DNA from: Octopus vulgaris
Taxonomy: Eukaryota
Direction of reading: 5' to 3'
Length of the DNA stretch: 64,000 bases
NCBI GenBank assembly: GCA_951406725.2
Contig: OX597825.1
Coordinates: 75,268,001-75,332,000, forward strand
This document shows positions 1 through 11,612 of the stretch, one piece after another; within the stretch, counting starts at the first letter, position 1, and each line of letters starts with the position of its first letter. The notes beneath the pieces are model-generated. The model was not told where the DNA came from and did no database searches. It worked only from the letters and a program-made list of their open reading frames with translations. The position numbers and the translations under genes are program-made.

Positions 1-608
1 AGAGAATGAAATGGAAAATTTCACCTGCAATGAATTAATATTATTTGTTAAACATTAAAATCTACTCCCCAATGAATGCAACAAATATTTAAATTTGTGA
101 AAAACTTGTAGTTCAAATACTCAATAAACTTCAGAAATCGAAATTACAGGAAATTTCTTGGAACGTGGATTTATAAAAATATTTCCAGATGGTCAAGCAT
201 TTAATAATTGCTTTCTTTTATTAACTGTTAGATATCTAATTAATAAACAGCTTTCTCCATTGGCACCTGTGTCATCCTTGTTTTTAACCGTTACTGTCTT
301 CAAAAAAGTTTTTTTTCGTTTCATGTTCGTCTCTGTTGCATTGCATTCTTTCCTTCTGGGGCTGGTCGATTCAGAGCAGATCTCAGAATTAAACAGCCCA
401 AATTTGCAATGATGTATCGGTTTCTGACTGAAGAATGAAGGCTTTGAATGACCCGTCTGTTTTTTATGTTCGTCCCTTCGTGTATTTCACGTTATTTATA
501 TTTATATATGTAAAGTTTTATTATATATATATATAAATACACACACACACACACATGCACGCATGCATAGGCAAACACACACATTAATATATACTATGTA
601 TTTGACAG

Positions 609-811
609 GGTGTATCAATTCCTGGTGCTGTGCTACTATTGGAGCTTTTCCCTACAGAATGCAGGACCCACACTCAAGTTGTTTTTGGAATTACATGGGG
701 AGTGGTCCTAATGCTACTATGTCCAGTGTCATATTTCACAGAACCATATGGATGGCGTTGTCTAAATGCACTTGTAGCTCTGTCATCCTGTGGTTTCTTG
801 TTCCACATTTG
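609..811 (+). CDS. SLC22 exon (TM4-TM6 region): GVSIPGAVLLLELFPTECRTHTQ...FLFHIW
   Basis: ttgacag acceptor at 606-608, gtaagt donor at 812, ELFP motif. Confidence 0.9.
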
Positions 812-1652
812 GTAAGTGAAAAATATTTCAAAATATCTTTATTATTATCATTTCAAATTCTTTGTATCCCACCCATATGATGGAACTTAGGTGGGTTTAC
901 TCTTGGATAACAAGTTACTACCTATGATCACTACCTGCGACCTGAGCCATCCAAGAACTTTTGAATGATCTTCACTGTTTCTAACAAGCAGGCCAGTTTC
1001 ATATATGAGGGTGTGCTAAATAGTTCCTGGCCTTGGATAGAAGAAAATACAGGAGGACCAGTTAGTATGATTTTATTCAACACATCCACCACTTAGATTT
1101 ACATGCTTATTGTAGTGATTCATCAGTTTTCCTAAGCCCTGTAAAAGAACTCAGCAGGTTGGGTCAATGCCCTTCTCAATGCCCTTAACCCTTTTGTTAC
1201 TAACCCGGCCAAAACTGGCTCTGGCTCTGTGGTAAAATGTCTTGTTTTCATAAGTTTTGAATTAAAATATTCCACCAAGCCTTAATCGCAATTTACGTTC
1301 CTAACACTAGCTTAATGATAACTAAGTTATTATACTAAATTCTTTGTTATATTTAAAATTAATTGAAAGAAGCACAGAGCATCTCAAAATAAATACAGTA
1401 ACGAAAGGGTTAAAGCCAAGAACCTTTTAGCACCCCTTGTAATCTATGTGCTTCTGCAATGCTGTGCTTGAGAAGGAAGATCCATCAAGCCCAGTGAAAT
1501 TGTAGTTGTGGGAGATACTGGTGTCAAACAACTGGCACCTGTGCTGGGGGCGTGTAAAAGTACCTATTACACTCTTGGAGTGGTTGGCATTTGAAAGGGC
1601 ATCAAGCAAACCATGCAAAATCAGGCTGCACTATATATGAGAATCTAATGAT

Positions 1653-1715
<63 letters not shown>

Positions 1716-2086
1716 TACACACACACGCACACACACACACAAAAACACACACACACGCACACACACGTACACATACACAATTTATGCAAGAAATTAACTG
1801 ATTGTTAAATTGACTCACGAAGATATGCTGACATGAATGTTTGCGCATGCCACTCAATTATACTAGTATCAACCATTACACTTAAGGTTGATATGTGACA
1901 TAATGGTAATACTATCTGAAAAGAGTCAATAACTGTCAGATTGTATTATGTGCAAGAATGGTAGTTTCTGTCATATTGCGTGTAGAAGAATACAGTGGCA
2001 GTTACCATTTTTTTTTTTGAGATCTTCCTTTGTTATTTTCATCACCATCATCATCATCGTCTTTGTTGTCAATGTTATCATTGTTG

Positions 2087-2133
<47 letters not shown>

Positions 2134-5100
2134 GCCATCATCTTTGCCAGTGACAGCAGGGGTGGGGGGGACATATAATTAATTACATTGATCCCAGTAC
2201 TTAATTGGTGCCTTGTTTTGATAATCCTGGAATGGTAAAAGATAAATACAGGCTCAGATGGATTTAAACTCTGAACCTTAAGAACAATAAATACCACAAG
2301 ATATTTATAATACCTTGTTTTACTAATTTTGACATCCACTATCTTGATAATAATACCAAAAATAATTGCTAGTATAAGTACAAGGTTTGAATTTTAGAGG
2401 AGGGACTAGTCAATGACATCACTCTCTTTACTCTTTTACTCATTTACTTGTTTCAGACATTTGACTGCGGCCATGCTGGAGCACCGCCTTTAGTCGAGCA
2501 AATCGACCCCGGGACTTATTCTTTGTAAGCCCAGTACTTATTCTATCGGTCTCTTTTGCCGAACTGCTAAGTGACGGTGACTTAAACACACCAGCATCGG
2601 TTGTCAAGCAATGCTAGGGGGACAAACGCAGACACACAAACACATACACACATACATATATATATATATATATACATATATACGACAGGCTTCTTTCAGT
2701 TTCCATCTACCAAATCCACTCACAAGGCATTGGTCGGCCTGGGGCTATAGCAGAAGACACTTGCCCAAGGTGCCATGCAGTGGGACTGAACCCGGAACCA
2801 TGTGGCTGGTTAGCAAGCTACTTACCACACAGCCACTCCTGTGCCTAGTACCTTATTTTATCAACTCATGAGGGATGAAAGGCAATGTTAACTTTAGTGG
2901 GATTTGAACTCAGGGCTGGAAAAATACTACAAAGCATTTTGTCTGATGCTCTAACAATTCTACCAAATAATGAATTTATTACTTTTTACATTTTTCTTTG
3001 CCCGCCAGGACACTACATGAATCTCTTCGATGGCAGGCACAATCAGGGAAAGTAAAAGAGGCAAATGCTACTCTAAAGCACATGTGTAAAGTCAATAAAA
3101 TTGATTACAGTGAAGTAGAGTCGTTAATGGCCAACCTTAATCGTAAAAAACTTGCAGAAGATATCGAAGTAACCTCCTTAGATGAAATATCTAGTACTGA
3201 CTCTTCAGATGAAACGTATGGTGATGAACATTCAGATGAAATCTACAATATCAAATCTTCAGAACCTGTTCCATCAGAGACTAAGAATGGAATGTTACAG
3301 AAAAAACACAAAGATCCTAACTACAGCAAATATCCTAGAATTATTATTGTTTTAATAACACCATGTCTTCGGAAAATACTTTCCATAATGTTTTGTCTGT
3401 TGTAAGTATCTCCTTTTGTTTTAAATGTTTGTTTTTACTTTGTTTTCTTTTTGTTAATTGTGTCTGCAATGTTCTATAGTTAAATATATATTCATATATT
3501 TGAAATTGACACTCCCCTCATCAGGATGTTCTTTTACACACAATACATAATTGTCTGATAGTCATGACTGGATCCTCCTGCTTGTGTGGCATGGTGCAGA
3601 GTCCTGTTGCCAGACATAAAGTTTTCCAGCAGCCACCCTCTTGACCCAGGACAGCACTATCTCCTCCAGGCACTTGATGCAAGCCTCTATGTTGAGACTG
3701 AGGCTGTGTGGGAAGATGAATGGAGGCATAACGTCGCATCACTGGTGGTCACTCGAAACACCATGATGTTGACGGGATGTTTGATTTTTATCACGCTTGG
3801 TACATGTCCTCAGATTACACTGTCCTCAGACTGACACCCAAACACTCTGAAATGTTTGTATTGGAGCTTCCGGTACAAATGCCAAGCAGTACAGCATGTC
3901 ATTTCCAAATTCCTGGCTGAGTGAATTACACCAGGGTGCTGTTTTTCTCAAAGACAGTGCCCAACTGACCCTACTCTACTGTGTAATTGACAAAATCAAA
4001 AACAAACAATGCACACATGTGAATTAAAAATATAAAATGGCAGCAATTTATCCATCTCATCCTGTATATATATATAGATACTGCAGGTGGTATTTCACCT
4101 ATCATTGCTTAAATCTACTGCTAAATGCATCAAAATTATTGTCATTATTTTTGTTATATCAATGAATCTACATTATTGACTTCAAAGATCATTGTTATGT
4201 TTTCTAATACCTTTTTCTTTCCTTGTCTAGTTTTGTCTGTTCACTGACCTACTATGGACTTTATTTAATGACAACCAGGCTCTCAGGCAACCGATTCTTA
4301 AATTTCTTCATATCTGCTTTATTTGAAACTCTGTCACAAATTTTTGCATTTAGTGTTTTCAAAAGGTAAGAAGAAAAAGACAGATATTTTGTAATTGAAT
4401 TATTGATCTCTCTTGATTTGTTTAGGCCATGTCAAAGAAATACTGTGGTTAGTCATAAAGATGCAGTAATTTTTTCTGTGTCAAAAAGGCTTTGTTAATG
4501 ATGTATCTTGAAGCACATTTAGTGATAAATAATGTCTTATAACACAGTTTAAAACTCCTTGAAAGGAAAATAGGCAGAAAGCCAGTCAGGGTTACAGATG
4601 ATGTGCATCTGACTTCTGGAGACAGTTTTCTGCCTTTCTTCACATCCAAAGAGTTCTTAATCCAATGTATTGTAAGTTATTATTTGCTGCTGAATTTACT
4701 CCATATTACTCAATACTTCTGTATTAGTATTTCAAATGTAAATTATGTTATTGATTTGAAATCAGAAATTTTTATTGAGAATGTTTTACTTCTGTCTCTT
4801 TAAATTCAGCTCATTCTAGCATGGAAAATGGACATTAAATGATAACAATGATGCTAATAAATGTATACATTTTGCACAAGGTTGTTGAGCAAAACACTTC
4901 ACCTCATGTTGCTCTATAATCATTTCAACAACTGACATGTAGTATATTGTGCACCCGTTCAAACAACTTAATTTGATGGAGAGAGTGAACTAATGTACAG
5001 CACATACATATAATTACTATAAACAAATCATTTGTGCAGTTCATCATACAAAAAACTGAACGTTTGTACATCATTTTTGATAGGGGAGTCCATCATCATC

Positions 5101-5967
5101 ATACATACAAACACACATATATATAAATACATATAAAAGTCTGTGTGTGTGTATAATATATATGTATATATATGTATATATATATATGTATATATATGGC
5201 ACGTAAAAAGCACCATCCGATCGTGACCGCTTGCCAGCCTCATTTGGCACCTGTGCCGGTGGCATGTAAAAAGCACCCACTACACTCACGGAGTGGTTGG
5301 TGTTAGGGAGGGCATCCAGCTGTAGAAACACTGCCAGATCAGACTGGGCCTGTGAGGCTCTCACAGAGTGAGATAGTTTGGAAGTGAACGCTTAAATTTA
5401 TATCTAATGTAGGATAAAATTTTTTTCGGAGGGAAATATTTTTTCAAAACAATTTTATCCTACATTAGATATAAATTTAAGAGTTCACTTCCAGACTATC
5501 TCACTCTGTGAAGCCTCAGTTCAAATCGCACGTGTCTCGAATGGGCTGGAGTATTTCTATTTTGGATGTATTTGGGGTACTTAGTTGTGCTCATGACTTA
5601 GTGTTTGCTTCTTCCATGGGTATGAGTAAGTATCTCATTTATTTCTTTTGCCACATGTATCACTGACGAAGAGAGGGCTCTTAGTAGCTAACTCTGAAAT
5701 AGGTCCGATATGGTAATAATGGAATTTTTTAGAAATTTCTGTCGACCTTTTTTCGAGTAGTGTGCGTATTGTGAAAAAATTATATGGTTAATGGACAATA
5801 TGTCCAATTTTTTCAGCATATTTGGCATTAGAAATTTTTTCCTTTGCCCTCATTTATGATTTGTTTATAAATTTAACCGTTAAAGGTATTTTTTAATATG
5901 CTGGCCATTGATGAAATTTTTTTCGAAAAAATATTTCTTCCGAAAACAAAATTTTATCCTACATTAG

Positions 5968-5998
<31 letters not shown>

Positions 5999-6167
5999 TG
6001 TATGTATGTATGTATGTATGTATGTATGTATGTATGTATGTATGTATGTGTGTATGTATGTATGTATGTATGTATGTATGTATGTATGTATGTATGTATG
6101 TATGTATGTATCTATCTATCTATCTATGTGTCTAATCTATATATGTATATATATATGTATGTATGTA

Positions 6168-6206
<39 letters not shown>

Positions 6207-8092
6207 ATATGTAGAACACAGTATATCTATATTTTCTACTTCCACTCAAAATACAGCATTTAAAAAAAAATATAATCCTTTCTTAAGCTTCTTTCTTACA
6301 GGTTCTCTCGCAAGAGCTGCTGTATTGGTTGTTTATCATTCACTGGTATTGTATTGATAATTGCAGTTCTTCTGCGCACATTCAGTGGTAAGATCTGAAA
6401 ATTTTACTATGCATTATTATAATTTTTATATTCTAAAAGTTCATTTAAAGTTCAAATACTGATAGAGTTCAACTTTGCCTTTCATCCTCTTCTGGGATGA
6501 GGTGTTGGGATCAGGATCAATGAAATATGTTGTAGTTATGAGTTGGTGTTAATATGATCAGCTATGAATTCTTCCTCAAAATGTTAGGCTTCATGCCTAA
6601 GTTAGAAATTAAAATAAACTTAATTGAGGTCAATTATTTTTAATGTGGAATCCAAAGTAGATAAAGTAGAATATTGGGATAATAAAACCCTTGCATGGAA
6701 AGAAGAGTTGAAGGCTGCTTATGGGACTGGAACCCACAATTTCTTCCAACAGAGAGGTGAGCTAACCAGTGCACCAAAACAATTCTTTGAATTTTCTCCA
6801 TCCATTTTAGAAATTTTGTTCTTAACAGTGAGATTTGTAAAATGCTTCTGTTTTAAGAATTTAAAAAAACTTGAGAGATATGAAGTAAATTATTTTCGAT
6901 GGTGGAACTTGAAGTAGATAAATCTATAAATAATCCTTTCTCCTGGGGCCTGAGGAGTTTCATCGACCTATGTGCTGCCCTGGTATTTATTTTATTAGGC
7001 ACAATTGCATCCCAACCATTTGATTCCGAGTTAAGTCGCAGTGTGTGGCACCTGGAGCAAGTGTCTTCCACTATAGCCTCAGGCTAACCAAGGTCTTGTG
7101 AGTAGATTTGGTTGATGGAAACTAAAAGAAGCCTATCATATATGTGTGTGTGTGTGTGTTTGTGTTTGTGTGTGTCTATGTTTGTATATGTGTGTGTGTG
7201 TGAATGTGTCTGTATCATTGTGTTTGTGTTTGTCACTCCACCACTGCTTGAAGGCCAGTGTTGTTTTTTTCACATTCTCATAACTTAGTTGTTTGGCAAA
7301 AAGAGCCTAATAGAATAAGTACTAAACTTAAAAACAAAAGTCCTGGGGTTGATTTCTTTGACTAAAACCCTTCAAAGTGGTACGATAGAATAGTCACAGT
7401 CCAATAGCTAAAACAAATAAAAGATAATATATAAACAATTTCATTATTTTTGACAGTTCTACAATACTTTCCCAAATAAACTCCCACATTTTTATCAGGC
7501 ACTGCTCAAGTTTCCCCAATAAATCCTTCATTTTTGACAGCTCTAGCACTAATTTCCCAAACAAACTCTATCATTTTTGACAGGTACTGCAGTAGTTTAC
7601 CAAACAAACCCCATCATTTTTTACAGGAACCACACAAGTTACCCAATGATATAAAATTTTATTTTGTGTTGTGTCTTTCACATATTCACAGTAGTATTTT
7701 ATTGATTTCTTTAAAAAAAATCTTGAGATATTTATTAATTTTGCAACAACAATACCAAGAACTACAATATCTATATAATGTTTATTTGTTTTATAATTTA
7801 TCTATTTATTTTTCTATTTCTTTCTTTCAGACAGTGACATTGCCTTATTGGCATCAACAGGCTTTTCTTTTCTTGGGACATTTGGCATTTCAGCAGCATT
7901 TCTATTAGTGGGCATTTATGTGACAGAGCTTTTCCCCACAGATGTCAGGTAAATGTCAAACAAGTCTGGATCTTTCCACCAAATGTAAAAGAAAAGAAAA
8001 CAACTAATTTTAACAAAATCCAACCCCAAATAATTAATTGATGCGTTTATGGACAATATTATGGATCTGAAACCAAAATTTTACATAGTAAT

Positions 8093-8162
<70 letters not shown>

Positions 8163-9423
8163 ACACACAAATACACACATACACACACACACATACACAT
8201 ATACATATGTATGTCGGTATATATGTATGTTATTCAAGGCGGCGAGCTGGCAGAATGCCAGGCGAGCATTCCAGGCGAAATGCTTAGCGGTATTTCATCT
8301 GCATTACGTTGTGAGTTCAAATTCCGCCGAGGTCGACTTTGCCTTTCATCCTTTCGTGGTCGATAAATTAAGTACCTGTTATGCACTGGGGTCGATGTAA
8401 TCGACTTAATACCTATGTCTGTCCTTGTTTGTCCCCTCTATGTTTAGCCCCTTGTGGGTAATAAAGAAATAGGTATATATGTATATTATCAAATAGCTGT
8501 CCATAAGTATGGAAAAAGCACACTCAATATGAAAAATACAATGGTTATATTTTATATTGTAGTGCAGTATATTACTGGTTATGGCACATAGCTGGGCAGA
8601 ATGTTGCCATCCATTGCATTCTGAGTATTGCACTTGGTAATATTGACGACTCTTCAGACATGATGGCTGGAAGTGTGTAGCCTCTTTTATGGGGGAAGTA
8701 TATATGGACCCTGTTTGGCTCAGTGCAAGTAAAAAAGAAAAAAAAGCAGAACGGTAAAAAATAGTGAATAATTATACCTATTTCTTTACTGCCCACAAGG
8801 GGCTAAACACAGAGGGGACAAACAAGGACAGACAAATGGATTAAGTCGATTATATCGACTCCAGTGCGTAACTGGTACTTATTTAATCGACTCCGAAAGG
8901 ATGAAAGGCAAAGTCGACCTTGGCGGAATTTGAACTCAGAACGTAGCGGCGGACGTAATACTGCTAAGCATTTCGCCCGGCGTGCCAATGTTTGTGCTAG
9001 CTCGCCGCCTTTTATAGTGAATAATTATACCATTTCCAGGGTGGGTGGGGTTCTAGAAGAGTTATTTCCCATGGATTGTTATTATTCAGGGTTAACTTGT
9101 GTCAACTGTGTTTATGTATACGTGTATGTCATTTTCTAATCCAAAAATGGAGCTGACCACATCGTCAAAACAAATCATTGCTCATGAGGGCAGCATCCAA
9201 ATATCTCACTGTTTGAGTACAGGAAAGTAGGCTAAATAATCACAGATCTTCTTTTAGAATAATCAGTTATATATGGCAATTGAAAGAGGAAGCAATGCCA
9301 TACAAAATCAATTGGAAATTGTAAGAAAGACTTTGACCATATATGAATGCGAGTAGGTGATGCAAGCTTTGACTGGCGGAAAGGAGAATCATTTTAAAAA
9401 ATTCACACAACCCAGGTTCTCCG

Positions 9424-9465
<42 letters not shown>

Positions 9466-10727
9466 CTTTACACACACACACTCACATCTTGAGAGGGTTG
9501 TTATATAAATAGCCCACAAGGCACAGGCATTGCTGTGTGATTAAGAAGATAACTTGGTAATCACATAGATTCAGTTTTAGTTTCACTGCACAGCACCTTG
9601 GGTAAGAGTCTTCTATTATAGCTTTAGGCCCACCGATGTTTTGTGTGCTAATTTGGTAGACAGAAACTGTGTGGAAGTTCATTATGTGTGTGTGTATGTA
9701 TATTTGTTTTTTTTTTTCCATCACTTGAAAACATTTGCTGGTTTGTTTACATCCCTGCAACCAAGCAGTATGGGAAAAGGGACTTATAGAGAAGGGGCTT
9801 CAAAAAATAAGTACTGGAGTTGATTTATTTGACTAAAACTTTTCAAGGTGGAGGCCCCAGCATGGCCACAATCCAATGACTGAAACTAGTGAAAGATAAA
9901 AGAGAAAAAGTAGTTAATCATTTGAGAAATCAACTAATCAGTTTTCTGATTAATTATTCAGTTAATCAATCTATCAATCAGGTTTGCCAAAATGCTTTCG
10001 TCTTCACAATTTCACATCCTGAATTTTGCAAAACTAATACCAAAATGAAAGATTTTAATTGTTTTATCCATTATGTTCTATATCCATTTCAGAAATGTTG
10101 GTTCTGCTCTTGCAAGCATAGCATCGCGTTTTGGTCAAATAATTGCTCCTTTTGTTAGATTTCTGGTAAGTTTTCCCTTTATTTGCTCCCCAACAACAAC
10201 TAGTCATCTAAATTGTAATTTATATGTATAAATGCTAAACATGAACCTTATGAATACTGTTATTAACAACTGTTCTATCACAATTTCTATTGGGTTGTCT
10301 GGAAAGTTTGTGTCGATTTATAGCAGCTTACCTTTCGACTTATTTTAGAAAATGTTTGAGTCCATAAAATAGGATTTGACTACACCTCCATTCAGAGCAC
10401 AGTTTAAGCTATCTTTTTGAAGAAGAAGGTTTATGTTCCTATAACCTGTGTTAATTCTGTAACCCTTTAAAATGGAAGATAAGAAAGTTCAATTTCGGCA
10501 CTTGATGCTTTGAGAACCAGACAAAAATTGCTACAACTCGGAGAAAAGTGGCTGCAAATATACCATCTACAATGACCCATAATCCTCATACTGTGTGTGT
10601 GTGTGTATTAATATATGAATGTCAACAGTATAGAGTTATCAAATCTCTATTATTATTTTATATGTAAGTAAGCGTGCAAGCAGAGCCCTATTGTGTTGTA
10701 TGTGTGCCTGGATGCACTCAACTATAA

Positions 10728-10770
<43 letters not shown>

Positions 10771-10972
10771 AAATATAAATTAGAGATAAAACCACTATTA
10801 TGCAACTCAATTTATATCTCTAATTTATATTTTATATATTTATATTGTGAAATTTGATTTAATACTAAATTGAATTTTCCTCTGTAAGTTTGGAGTTATA
10901 CTCCCTAATATTATTATTATTATTCATCATCATCATCATCATCGTATGTATGTATGTATGTATGTATGTGTG

Positions 10973-11011
<39 letters not shown>

Positions 11012-11567
11012 CAAATATATGACAGGCCTCTTTCAGTTTCTGTCAACCAAATCCACTCACAAGTCTTTGGTTGACCCGAAGACACTTACCCAAGGCACCA
11101 TGCAGTGGGACTGAACTTGGAACTATGCGGTTGGGAAGCAAGCTTCTTTCCACACAGCTACTTCTGTGCCTGTATGTAGGAGTGGCTGTGTGGTAAGTAG
11201 CTTGCTTACCAACCACATGGTTCCAGGTTCAGTCCCATTGCATGGCACCTTGGGCAAGTGTCTTCTACTATAGCCTCGAGCCGACCAAAACCTTGTGAGT
11301 AGATTTGGTAGACAGAAACTGAAAGAATCCCGTCGTATATATGTATATAATATGTATGTGTGCATGTGTGTCTGTGTTTGTCCCTCCAATATCGCTTGAC
11401 AACCGATGCTAGTGTGTTTACGTCGCTGTAACTTAGTGGTTCGGCAACAGAATCTGATAGAATAAGTACTAGGCTTACAAAGAATAAATCCTGGGGTCGA
11501 TTTGCTTGACTAAAGGCGGTGCTCCAGCATGGCCACAGTCAAGTAAAGGAGTAAAACAAGTAAAAGA

Positions 11568-11612
<45 letters not shown>

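Noticed and set aside
1-510. Possible Penelope GIY-YIG C-terminus (RKFLE-like) and decayed pLTR
   Set aside because: Too degenerate to support without a profile search.
563-880. 105-aa ORF overlapping the first visible SLC22 exon
   Set aside because: Wrong frame; the 609-811 frame carries the ELFP motif and correct splice phases.
2611-2871. Recurrent ORFs such as [18 protein letters not shown] and [15 protein letters not shown]
   Set aside because: Chance open frames in SINE A and SINE B copies.
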